A stretch of 64,000 nucleotides of DNA from an uncultured Lentisphaeraceae bacterium (lineage in GTDB: Bacteria > Verrucomicrobiota > Kiritimatiellia > RFP12 > UBA1067). This document shows positions 19,365-29,300 of this stretch, one piece after another (within the stretch, counting starts at the first letter, position 1; every line of letters starts with the position of its first letter). The translations under genes and the position numbers were made by a program. Below the pieces are notes generated by a model, which was not told the origin of the DNA, did not search any database, and worked only from the letters and a program-made list of their open reading frames with translations. The DNA lies in assembly GCA_964567665.1 (NCBI GenBank), contig CAZMNN010000010.1, forward strand, positions 70 to 64,069, in the 5' to 3' direction.

Positions 19365-21362
19365 ATGAAGAAACTGCTGATTGCCGCCGCAATGGCGGGA
19401 ATGTGGCACACGGCCTGTCGTGCCGTTTCGCCGCAGGGCACAAACGCGGTCGCGGAACTGCCGCCCGTGACCGTATACGCATCGAGGATAGACGATGTGC
19501 GGGATGACATTCCGGCATCCGTGACGGTATACACCGCAGAGCAGATCGATGCAAGCGGAGCGAGGGATCTCCCGGAGCTGCTGTCGAAGAAGGCAAATAT
19601 GGACATCAGGACGCTGAACGCCAACCCGCTGCAGGCGCAGATCGCAATGCGCGGTTTCGGCGAAAACTCGTTCGGGCGCGTGAAGGTGCTGCTCGACGGC
19701 GAGGAGCTGAACAATGTGGACATGGATGCGCCGAACCTCGCCCGCATACCGCTCGGAAGCGTGGAGCGCATCGAGATAATCCACGGCCCAAGCCCGGTGC
19801 TGCACGGTGACGGTGCGGTGGCAGGCGTGGTGAACGTGATAACGGACACCCGCGACTACTCCCAAAGGACGCGCATCACCGGAAAGGCCGGCTCACAGAA
19901 CACCTTTGGCGCGAACGTGCTCACCAAGGGCGGTTCAGAGGAGGATGGCGTGCTGTATTCGGCGGCGTACGACTATCTGCAGTCGGACGGCTACCGCAAG
20001 CGCAGCGCCTACGACCTGCACACGGTGAACGCCGCAGTCCGCAAGAACTTCGAAAACGGATCGACCGCAGGGCTGAAGGTGAACTACGCCAATGCGTTCT
20101 ACGAAATGCCGGGTGCGCTGTCGCATGAAGAGTGGAAGAACGCCAGAAAGTCCGCCGCAACCCCGAACGACTGGGCGCGTATGTGGAACTACGGCGCGGG
20201 CTTTGACGCGAAGCTCGCCATCGCGGAGGATCAGTGGCTGCTCATTGACGGTTCATTCTCGAAAAAGCACCGCAAGGCGAACTGGGGCACGTACGGCTAC
20301 GCAAACGAATACGACCTGTACGGCTATTTCCTGTCGCCCCGCTACGTGAACGAGACGCCGATCGCCGGTTTCGACAGCAAGTTCACCGTCGGCGCAGATT
20401 TCCGGTACGACCGGTACAAGGTCAAGGATGCCTCCGGCTTCAACAACCCGAAATATCATTTCGACCGGATGCGCTACGCGGCGTTTCTGCATGAGGAGTT
20501 CTTTCTGCTTGAGGGGCTTTCCGTGGTCGCCGGGGCGCGTATCGAGAACATCAACAACAGGTGGGCGAACTACTCCGGAATCGCCGAGAGCGACAACTCG
20601 GACTGGCAGGGCGACTATGAACTTGGATTGGTGTACCGTCCGGTCGATGGGATGAAGACGTACATAAAGGGAACGCGGTTCCACCGCAGCGCATTTTGCG
20701 ATGAGCTGAACTACACCGAGAACGGACGCTTCCTCGTCCCGGAGAAGGGCGCATCGCTCGACATTGGGCTTGAGTGCGAATTTCTCGATGAGTTCATGTT
20801 TGACGCAAACGGCTACGGCATGGTCATGGAGGACGAGATCTTCTACAACCCCTACGCTCGCGACTATGGGTTCTACTGGGGCGGATACAACAGCAACAGC
20901 CCGTCGAAGACGCGTCGCATCGGGCTTGACACCGGCATTTCATGGAAGCGCGACAAGGTTGCAGAGGCATCCGTCAGATACGGCATCGTAAAGGCGGACT
21001 TCGCTTCAGGGCAGTACCACGGAAAGGACGTGCCGATGGTGCCTAACCACAGAATTCGGCTTGAGGTCGGGTTCTGGATCATAGACGACCTTGAAATCAA
21101 GGGCGGATACCGTTTTGTCTCATCGCAGCATCTTGCCGGAGACTTCCGCAATGCGCACGATGAACTCCCGGCGGCTTCGCTATTCGACGTGGGCGCGTAT
21201 TACGAACCGGCCTGGGCGGAGGGCTGGAAGGCGTCGTTCGTCATGGACAACCTCTTCGACCGCAACACCTGCGATTTCGCCGGATGGTCAGACTACTCCG
21301 GCGCATACTACTATCCCGTGTGCGGCAGAAGCTTCATGTTTACGCTCAGCTACGAGTTCTGA
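19365..21362 (+). CDS. TonB-dependent receptor, probable cobalamin transporter (BtuB-like)
   Basis: Signal peptide; TonB box LPPVTVYAS; plug VLLDG...VERIEIIHGPSPVLHGDGAVAGVVNVIT; C-terminal LSYEF; B12 riboswitch upstream. Confidence 0.88.
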   Translation: MKKLLIAAAMAGMWHTACRAVSPQGTNAVAELPPVTVYASRIDDVRDDIPASVTVYTAEQIDASGARDLPELLSKKANMDIRTLNANPLQAQIAMRGFGENSFGRVKVLLDGEELNNVDMDAPNLARIPLGSVERIEIIHGPSPVLHGDGAVAGVVNVITDTRDYSQRTRITGKAGSQNTFGANVLTKGGSEEDGVLYSAAYDYLQSDGYRKRSAYDLHTVNAAVRKNFENGSTAGLKVNYANAFYEMPGALSHEEWKNARKSAATPNDWARMWNYGAGFDAKLAIAEDQWLLIDGSFSKKHRKANWGTYGYANEYDLYGYFLSPRYVNETPIAGFDSKFTVGADFRYDRYKVKDASGFNNPKYHFDRMRYAAFLHEEFFLLEGLSVVAGARIENINNRWANYSGIAESDNSDWQGDYELGLVYRPVDGMKTYIKGTRFHRSAFCDELNYTENGRFLVPEKGASLDIGLECEFLDEFMFDANGYGMVMEDEIFYNPYARDYGFYWGGYNSNSPSKTRRIGLDTGISWKRDKVAEASVRYGIVKADFASGQYHGKDVPMVPNHRIRLEVGFWIIDDLEIKGGYRFVSSQHLAGDFRNAHDELPAASLFDVGAYYEPAWAEGWKASFVMDNLFDRNTCDFAGWSDYSGAYYYPVCGRSFMFTLSYEF

Positions 21363-21436
21363 GGCGATGGAGGCGCACTGGAATTCAATGCCGCCGCTTC
21401 GCGGGTCTGTGAGTTCGTGAGGCGGCGAACTGCTCC

Positions 21437-22267
21437 ATGAAACCGTACGCTCTGCTATTGTCATCTGCCGCCCATGCCGCCGTCATTGGCGCAGCGGTGT
21501 TCGTCGGACGAAACGACCGTCTCCCCGATCGCGGCGAAATCTGCGTTCCGCTGTATTTTGAGGTCGTTGAGGCGGCGGACGCCGTTTCATCCGAGGAACA
21601 CACGGAGATGGATGGAGCAGTTGCAACGGATGAAAACGAATCTTCGTTGTCTGCCGAGGACGTCAACGAGTTGAACTGGACGTTCTCACCGGGGGCGGAT
21701 GAGACGTTTCCGCCAGAGTTGGACGATGGCGAGATGTCCGGATCTAATGCCGTACCTTTTGACGAAGATGGTGTCCGGTCGGTGGACGAAGCCTCGGAAT
21801 CGGATGTCCATGCGGCAGACGGCATCGGCATAGAGGAAGCGGCGTCAGAGCAGAAGAATGGCGGCGTCTGCGAGACATCCGCAGTCGAGGAGGAAGAGGC
21901 CGTGATGGCGGAAGCGCCGCCGATGGAGAGGAAAGGAATTGGCGCACGGCCCGAATCCGACAATCTGCCACAGGCTCAGGAAGAGCGTGCGCAGATTGTG
22001 TCCGATCCGGTTGCGCTCAACAGGATCGTTCCTGCATATCCGCGCCGTGCGCGGAGATTGAGGCATGAAGGGCGCGTTACCGTGGAGATTGCGGTCGGCA
22101 CGGATGGCACCGTGTCGCAGGCTGTCGTAATTGAGACGAGCGGACACCGTGAGCTGGATTCCGCCGCGCTTTCGGCTGTAAGGACGGCACGGTTTGCGCC
22201 CGCCGCCAAAGGCGGGGTGAGCGTATGCGGACGGATTCGCCTTACGTTTGAGTTCCGGCTGAAATGA
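21437..22267 (+). CDS. tonB: Energy transducer TonB family protein
   Basis: N-terminal TM with HAA; acidic linker; C-terminal PAYPRRARRLRHEGRVTVEIAVGTDGTV...SSG-like...LDSAAL domain. Confidence 0.85.
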   Translation: MKPYALLLSSAAHAAVIGAAVFVGRNDRLPDRGEICVPLYFEVVEAADAVSSEEHTEMDGAVATDENESSLSAEDVNELNWTFSPGADETFPPELDDGEMSGSNAVPFDEDGVRSVDEASESDVHAADGIGIEEAASEQKNGGVCETSAVEEEEAVMAEAPPMERKGIGARPESDNLPQAQEERAQIVSDPVALNRIVPAYPRRARRLRHEGRVTVEIAVGTDGTVSQAVVIETSGHRELDSAALSAVRTARFAPAAKGGVSVCGRIRLTFEFRLK

Positions 22268-22277
22268 GGTTCATCGA

Positions 22278-23516
22278 GTGGACGGCTTCGCAAAAAACGC
22301 ACTGTTCCTTTTCCTTGCGCTTCGCGTAGGCGATGTCGTGAACGCCGCCGCCGGGATGTGGTTTGTCCCGCGCTACATATCGCCGGAGGAGATCGGCGCG
22401 GTGCTGCCGGTCACGTCGTTTGCTACGTTTCTGTCCTTGCCGGTGTTCGCATTCGCCATGACGGTGATGAAGGAATCCGCCTGCCTTTCGGACAGAGGGG
22501 AGCGCGGCAAGGTCAAAACGCTCCTCTGCGGAGTGTTTGTGGCTACGGCCGTGATGCTGGCGGCCGCGCTTGGCGTGTCCGTGCTTGTGCTGCCGCGATT
22601 CCTTTCGGCGATGCGCGTGCCTGACGCCTCTGCCGGCGCACTTGTCGTGTTTGCCGCCTTTCTTGGCTGCGTGGCGCCGGTGTACACAGATGCGCTGCAG
22701 TCCCTCAAACGGTTCAGGGCGTTGGCCGCAGTGGAGATCGGCGGCGCAGTCCTGCGCTTCACGGTGATGCTTGCGGTGATGCCGCTTCGCGCATTGTCCG
22801 GATATTTTGCCGGGCAGGCGGCGCTTCCGGCGTTCCGTATTCTCGGAAGCGTGATGTCCCTGCGTAGCGAACTGTCGGTCAAGGCCGAGCCGTACTGGAA
22901 CCGCGCCGCCGTCCGGCGGGTTGCGTTTGCGTTCATGGCGACGGTCGCATATCAGGCGGCGCCGATGGCGGCGTCCCTTGCAGAGCAGACCGTGATGCGC
23001 ACTGCTCTGCCGTCGGTTGACTCCGCCGGCTATTACATGGTTTCGCGGTTTTCGGACTTTCTGTACTTTCTGACGTTCCCTCTTCTTCTTGTCATGTTTC
23101 CGTATACCGCCTCGGCTGCCCAGCGCAATGCGCCGACGCGCACATTCGTGCTGAAATGCTCCGCAGTCACCCTTGCGGCGGCGGCGCTCATGTCCGCAGT
23201 CTATGCCCTGTTTGGTGAATGGCTGCTTTCGCTCCTGCCGCACGGGGCGGACTATGCCGACTACGTTCGCCATATGCCGCTGCTTGTCGGTGTGACGGCG
23301 CTGACGGCCTGTCAGGTGTTCGTCACCAACGCCGAGGTGTCCGCCGGACGCTTCGGGTTTCTGCTGTGGCTTGTTCCGCTGCACATTCTGTATCCGGTTG
23401 CGCTTTGGCTTGCGGCGGCGAATGGATTTGTTGCATCACTCGACTCCATGCTTCTTTGGTTTGCGGGAATGGCGGCTGTTCGTTTTGTCTGCGCAGCACT
23501 TGCGCTTCGCCGCTGA
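22278..23516 (+). CDS. Polytopic inner-membrane protein, MOP/Wzx flippase-like
   Basis: 412 aa, roughly a dozen hydrophobic segments; RYISPEEIGAV and DSAGYYMVSRFS resemble MOP-family loops. Confidence 0.6.
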   Translation: MDGFAKNALFLFLALRVGDVVNAAAGMWFVPRYISPEEIGAVLPVTSFATFLSLPVFAFAMTVMKESACLSDRGERGKVKTLLCGVFVATAVMLAAALGVSVLVLPRFLSAMRVPDASAGALVVFAAFLGCVAPVYTDALQSLKRFRALAAVEIGGAVLRFTVMLAVMPLRALSGYFAGQAALPAFRILGSVMSLRSELSVKAEPYWNRAAVRRVAFAFMATVAYQAAPMAASLAEQTVMRTALPSVDSAGYYMVSRFSDFLYFLTFPLLLVMFPYTASAAQRNAPTRTFVLKCSAVTLAAAALMSAVYALFGEWLLSLLPHGADYADYVRHMPLLVGVTALTACQVFVTNAEVSAGRFGFLLWLVPLHILYPVALWLAAANGFVASLDSMLLWFAGMAAVRFVCAALALRR

Positions 23517-23625
23517 CGGTTCGATTCCGTCGTCGCCGTTTGCGATTCTCCGTTACGGCTGACGGTGCAATATAATTGCCAATACGCTGTTTGAGCGTAT
23601 TGCATTTGCAGATAAAACTTTACAA

Positions 23626-23656
23626 TTGACAGTAAGGAAAAAAAAAATGATACCTT
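23626..23656 (+). promoter_or_regulatory. Putative sigma70 promoter with A10 tract (23638-23647) in the spacer
   Basis: TTGACA (23626-23631), 19-nt spacer, TG-a-TACCTT (23651-23656). Confidence 0.6.
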
Positions 23657-23769
23657 TACCGCATTCCGTTTGGGAATGGGTTCGTGAACGGCGGGTGTCG
23701 GGCAGAACCGGGAATGGAATGCGCCGCAGGTTCCGTTCCGCATAATGTATGCGGCAGGAGGATGCAGAC

Positions 23770-26205
23770 ATGAATACCATAAGGTACTTGTTGCGCAAAA
23801 GCGCAGGGCAGACAAAACATTTTTTGGCTGCGTTTGTCGTGGCTATGGCTGGCGTCGCGATGGCGGACGAGACCACTACGATCGGCGGTTACGAATGGAC
23901 GTATAAGACAGCGTTTGAAGAGGTGCAGATTACAGGTGTGTCGCCAAAAAGCGGACGCATTGTGATACCGTTGGATATCTCCGGCCATCCGGTGACGTCG
24001 ATAGGGACAAATGTATTTGCAGGGGCGCTCATCACGTCCGTTGAGATACCTGAAAGCGTGGTGCGCATAGGAGACAGTGCATTTCAGAACTGCTCGAACT
24101 TGACGACGGTAACGTTTGCGGAACTGAGGTTCGACGATGGCCTGGAAGAGATAGGTCAGTATGCGTTCTACGGGTGTAGTTCCCTGAAGTCGATAGAGTT
24201 TCCTGAAAACATCAAGAAGATAGGCCTTCGGGCATTTCAGTCCTGTGATAATCTTCAAGACGTTACGCTGCACAAAAAAGTCGCGGATGTAGGCGACTGG
24301 GCGTTTGCCGATTGCAGCAGCCTGCGGAACATCTCCGTTGCAAAAGGAAACACCAAGTATAGAGATGTCGATGGAGTGCTGTTCACCGCCGACATGAAGA
24401 CGCTCGTAAGCTATCCGGCCGGCAAGACCGACAGGTTCTACACCATCCCCGGCAGCGTAACTGGTCTTCGGTCCGGTGCGTTTCGTGGGTGTGCGCTTGA
24501 GGGTGTTGTCTTTAATTCGCGCATCACGGAGATTGGAAAAGAAACATTTCGTAATTGCAGAAACTTAAAGGAGGTCGTGTTTGGCGAATCCCTGGAGAGC
24601 ATTGGCCTTTCTGCGTTCTTTTCCACCGCGCTGGAGCAGGTCACAGTCCCTCCAAAGGTTGACCGCGTTCTCGTCAATACATTTAAATCCACCTCCGCGT
24701 TCGGGAAGATATTTGTTCACAACAGTTGCACAGACATTAATGACAAGGCATTCACCAACGGAGACGGTACGTATCCAACGGTGTACAGTTATGGTGACGC
24801 TACTGCTGTTAGGGTGAAGTTTGCCCTTTGCGATGCGGGCGATGACATTTCGTATACCCGCGTGGTGGTTGGAGGCGATGAAGTCGGGATTCTTCCGGCG
24901 CCGACATTCGACGGCAAGTTCCTTCTCGGATGGTATACGCAAAGGGCGGAAGATGGCGGAGATAGGGTCTTCCCGGACGAGGTAGTCAACGGTGACAGTC
25001 CCGTCACATACTATGCCCATTGGATAGATGCGCTTGTTGCGGGAATTCCTACAGAGCCGATCGATACCGGGCTTGTCGGCTACACGGTCAAGGGGCTTCC
25101 GTCCGGACTCAAGTACGACAAGAATACCGGCATTGTCTCCGGCACGGCAAAATCCGTTACGTCCGCGAGCGGCACGGTCGCATGGTTCACGAAGAAGGGG
25201 GCGCCGGATGTCCCGATCGCTTTTGTCGTCCGTGCCGAGAACGTGACGGCCAGCTGCGCCGGACTGTCCAGCGGGAACATCACGGTCGGCGTGAACGGTG
25301 GCGTGGACGGCATTCCGGTTAACGTAAGCGCGGAGACGGATGTGCGCTCTGTGTCTGTCAAGGGATTGCCTTCCGGCATGAAATACGATGCGAAGAGCGG
25401 CAAGATTGTCGGCGCACCGACGAAGTCCGGAACGTTCACAGCGACGGTCACGGTCACCACGAAGGCCGGAACGAAGATGACCAAGGAGTTCTCGTTCACC
25501 GTCAAGGCGGTAAATCCAAGGGCGGTCGGCACGTTCAAGGGCTATGTCTGCACTACGACGTCGGTAGACCCCTTTGGTGCTCTTACATATATGGGGACAG
25601 TGCAGTTCACGTCTACAGACACCGGGAAACTTTCTGCAAAGGTGGTGACGGCACAGGGTGCCTACTCCTTCTCGGCTACCGGTTGGGATGCCGTGACGAA
25701 CAAGAAATACTATGTAAGCTTCACGACGAAGAAAGGTGCCGCATTTGCGTTGGAGTTGGATGCCAGCATGGCGTTGAACCGCTTCATGATATACGGCGAG
25801 TTCACGCCGGGCGATGGAACGCCGACGCGTCCCGTTGCGGCAGTCGGCAATGTATTTGCGCGGAATTGGTATTTCAAGGTTGATGCAGACCATGACATAG
25901 ACTCCACCGACATTTATGACCTGAAACGCACGTACGATGCGAAATCCGCCGATCTGACGGTGACACTCAAGGGTGACGGCACGGCCGCAATCAAGGGCAA
26001 TGTGCGTCAGTTCAAGGTGAGCGCATCTGGATTCGCCAACCTTTTTTACGCCCAAGACGGAATCCTGATCGTTTTTACGCCGACGGTGTCTTTGCGCGAC
26101 ATTGGCAATGTTGTGAAGAAGTTTCCTCTTGCCATACAGACGTATATTCCGTACAACGACAACGAGGGCGATATCGCCGGTGGTGTAAGGTTTGTGGCGG
26201 AATGA
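23770..26205 (+). CDS. Surface protein: BspA-type leucine-rich repeats, InlB-B/Flg_new-like repeat, putative Ig domains
   Basis: SVEIPESVVRIGDSAFQNCSNL-type LRRs; LPAPTFDGKFLLGWYT; two VKGLPSG[LM]KYD..G.I.G repeats; SD AGGAGG before ATG 23770. Confidence 0.88.
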   Translation: MNTIRYLLRKSAGQTKHFLAAFVVAMAGVAMADETTTIGGYEWTYKTAFEEVQITGVSPKSGRIVIPLDISGHPVTSIGTNVFAGALITSVEIPESVVRIGDSAFQNCSNLTTVTFAELRFDDGLEEIGQYAFYGCSSLKSIEFPENIKKIGLRAFQSCDNLQDVTLHKKVADVGDWAFADCSSLRNISVAKGNTKYRDVDGVLFTADMKTLVSYPAGKTDRFYTIPGSVTGLRSGAFRGCALEGVVFNSRITEIGKETFRNCRNLKEVVFGESLESIGLSAFFSTALEQVTVPPKVDRVLVNTFKSTSAFGKIFVHNSCTDINDKAFTNGDGTYPTVYSYGDATAVRVKFALCDAGDDISYTRVVVGGDEVGILPAPTFDGKFLLGWYTQRAEDGGDRVFPDEVVNGDSPVTYYAHWIDALVAGIPTEPIDTGLVGYTVKGLPSGLKYDKNTGIVSGTAKSVTSASGTVAWFTKKGAPDVPIAFVVRAENVTASCAGLSSGNITVGVNGGVDGIPVNVSAETDVRSVSVKGLPSGMKYDAKSGKIVGAPTKSGTFTATVTVTTKAGTKMTKEFSFTVKAVNPRAVGTFKGYVCTTTSVDPFGALTYMGTVQFTSTDTGKLSAKVVTAQGAYSFSATGWDAVTNKKYYVSFTTKKGAAFALELDASMALNRFMIYGEFTPGDGTPTRPVAAVGNVFARNWYFKVDADHDIDSTDIYDLKRTYDAKSADLTVTLKGDGTAAIKGNVRQFKVSASGFANLFYAQDGILIVFTPTVSLRDIGNVVKKFPLAIQTYIPYNDNEGDIAGGVRFVAE

Positions 26206-26211
26206 CCGGTT

Positions 26212-26293
26212 GACATGGGCGTCGCTATGCGGTGGCCATGTCGCAAGGGGCGGTTTCCTCATGAGGTCGGCAGACCTGCGTGGGAGACCGCCC
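26212..26293. other. Two adjacent GC-rich hairpins after the LRR gene
   Basis: GACATGG/CCATGTC (26212-26242) and GGGCGGTTTCC...AGGTC-GGCA-GACCT...GGAGACCGCCC (26248-26293); no U-tail. Confidence 0.6.
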
Positions 26294-26296
26294 GAT

Positions 26297-26325
26297 TTGC
26301 AAACGCAATGCCGCTTTGCTATAAT
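26297..26325 (+). promoter_or_regulatory. Sigma70 promoter
   Basis: TTGCAA-17 nt-TATAAT with TG extension. Confidence 0.7.
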
Positions 26326-26371
26326 TTCGGCAGTTTGCACCCCAATCAGATGAAAGTGTCAGATTAGAATC

Positions 26372-29300
26372 ATGACCTTCAGAAAAAAAAAATGCATTTG
26401 CTGCAGTCGTAATTGCAGTTGTCTCCTGTGGTGTGTTTGCCGCTGAAGGCGAACGCCCGCAGAACCTCATCAAAAACCCCCGGTTCGAAGGGGAGATTCA
26501 GAGGCCGTGGAGCCTTGTCAAAGGCGTAGTCCGGAAGGAGACCGCCGCATTGAGCGGCGTGTGGATGCTCTCGGCGCTCGGCAAGAACTATTTCATCGTC
26601 AACTACATGGATGACCCTGACCTCAAATGGGAGGCGGGGGAGGAGTTCACCATTGCGTTGGATGTGCGCAGCAGGGGAGCCGGCTCCACGCTTATGGTCA
26701 TCCACCGCTACACCGCCGCCAACGGTGGCGTAGGAGAGGGATGGGCGACGAGGATTCAGCCTACGGCGGAATGGCATGAATACATCATACCGTTTCGCGC
26801 CACTTCTGGCGGGCAGCCGCGTGGTTTCTCGTTCTTCAAGATCGACAACGGCGCACATGACACAGGCATAGAGATCCGGTCGTTCAAGATGTATCGCGGA
26901 CGGATATCGGCCCTTGATTTCGTTCCGGTCGGGCGAAACGCGAGAGCCGGTGTGCTTGAGGGGGCTGCCATTCCGATGAAACAGAACCTGTTCGGGGTCG
27001 CGGCAAAACCACTGAAGGTTCTTGCGGTCGTTCCGTCGCTCACGTCAGTGCGTGAGGCGAAGCACGTATTCGCCGGCACGGGTGCGGAGGCCCACGTCAT
27101 TGTGGCGGAGGGAAAGGGTGCGAACTCGTTCACGACGGATGACGATTCCAAGAGGATCAGGCATCTCCTCATGACGGGCGGATACGATCTCTATGCATTC
27201 GGCCGCAGATCCGCCGCCGCGATCGGGGAGGAGCTGTTCGCAATCATCGAGACGAACGTCCTGAACGGGGCTTCGGCGTTTTTCGCGCCGACCAGGGATG
27301 GTCAGGCCGGGCTGTTTAACAAGATGCACTCGTCCGCAGCATCCGGCAGATACGGTCGCGGGCGGGTGACGGCGGCAAAGTGGAGAAGGGACGTTGATGG
27401 CGTCGCCGGCGGAAGCGACCTGTCGTTCATCGACAATTCGCCGCTTGCGGATGAATATGCAATCGCATCATTCCCGTATGAGGAGATTGAATTCGCGAGG
27501 ACTGCGGACAGGCTTTGGAAAGCGGCGTTCGGCGCTCCGGATGTTTCGGCGGCGAAAAAGGTCACGGAAGAGAACATATATCGCGGCAAGGTGCATGGCG
27601 TGGAGCGGTATCTGGATTCGAGCGGACGGACGCTTGCGTTCAGTTGCCGGGAGAGTCCGGTGTCCGGCGCATCGCTCGGAGAGATGGTCGACGGCGGCCG
27701 CGAAGTGGTGATACCGGTTTCAAACGGTACGGAGTCGGCAATGCTGAAATGGCGGTTCAGCGATTTCTCCGGACGCATTTTCGGCGAGGGCAGCCAGCGA
27801 GGCTCTTCACGGGTGACGATCGCAGTTCCGCGAGAAAAACTGTATACAGGCCTCGGCGTCCTGGAAACTGAACTTGTCGATGGCGGCAAGATGGCCGACC
27901 GGCGCAACTTCATGGTAATTGAACCGTCGAACGACAGAAAGCGGATGATCGGGGATTACGGCGTGGGATTCTGGTCTGTGTCGTCCGCATATGCCCGCAT
28001 GGACAGGCGAGACATGGTTCGGGCGCTCGGGGAATTGGGGTTCAGGTATGCGTTCTGCCACGGCGGATGGGGCGACATGTACACGAGCGGCATGGCCGCA
28101 ACGCTGTCATACGTAATCGGTGGCGAGTATTTCAGCGGCGGACCGACCTCCGTGAACAATGTGCGTCGCCCAGTGTTCAACACAAAGGAGGCTCGCGGCC
28201 GCATACGCGAGATGGCAACCAGGTGGGCCAAGGAAAACAGACGCCATGGCGGGATGTACGGGTCGTTCTCCGATGAGGCAAGGCTCGGCCCCAACGGGGA
28301 GGAGGTTGACGCCCACCCGGAGAACATAGAGACGTATCGTCTTTGGATGGAACGCAAATACGGGACGATCGAGGAGTACAACCGCAGACATCTCACATCC
28401 CACCGGTCGTTTGCAGACCTCGGTCAGACATTGCTCAAGGATGCGCGGGCGGCGGGCAATGCGGCGGAGTTCATCGAGTGGCGCACATTCAACGTCGACC
28501 GCTGGGTGGAGGTGATCCGTGAAGTCGGCGACGCTATCCGCGAGGTCGATCCGGACGTGCTGTATTCATTAGACAACTGCTTCGGCGAGCGGGCGCTTGG
28601 CGGAACGGACTTCTGGAAGCTGCTGTCCAAGACGGGGCTGGACTACTCGAAGGAGTACACCGCATCGGTCTCGTTCGGCGAAGATCCATTCCATGAGTTC
28701 GATTTCCTGTACCGCTCGTGGCGCCCGGATATGCGCATATGGGGATGGACCGGGTACGGGTTCACGGAAGAGCGTGAGCGCGCTCTCCCGTGGATGACCG
28801 CACTGCACCGTCAGGGTGGCTTCCACTGGTTCGCGGCGACATATTACGGAATCAATCTCCTTGATCTCGTCACGGGCGCACCGACGCTTGATGCGCGTGA
28901 ATGCGGCAGGAACCTTGCCATGACGCGCATGGCGGATGGTCTGGGAAAGACGCTGGCGGACTGGAGCTGGGCGAAGGGCGATGTCGCCATCTACTATTCG
29001 CACGACTCCTGCATCCTTTCGTTCTTCCTCGGAACGGAGACGCTCCGCGACGACTGCCACAAGGGATCGCCATACTGGAATTTCCAGTATTCACGCAGCA
29101 ACGCGAACTTCATGCTGAACCATCTGTTCTACCAGCCGGAATGGGTTTCTCAGGAGCAGGTTGAGGGTGGGTTCCTGAATGGCGGCGACTGGTCTGTGTA
29201 CCGGGCCGGCAAGGTTGTGACCGGACAGCCTCCGTTCAAGGTGCTCATCATGCCGCACATCCTTGCCATGACCGACAGGGAGGTGGCAGCCGTGAAAGCG

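Noticed and set aside
24565-26340. 591-aa minus-strand ORF
   Set aside because: Antisense shadow of the LRR/Ig surface protein.
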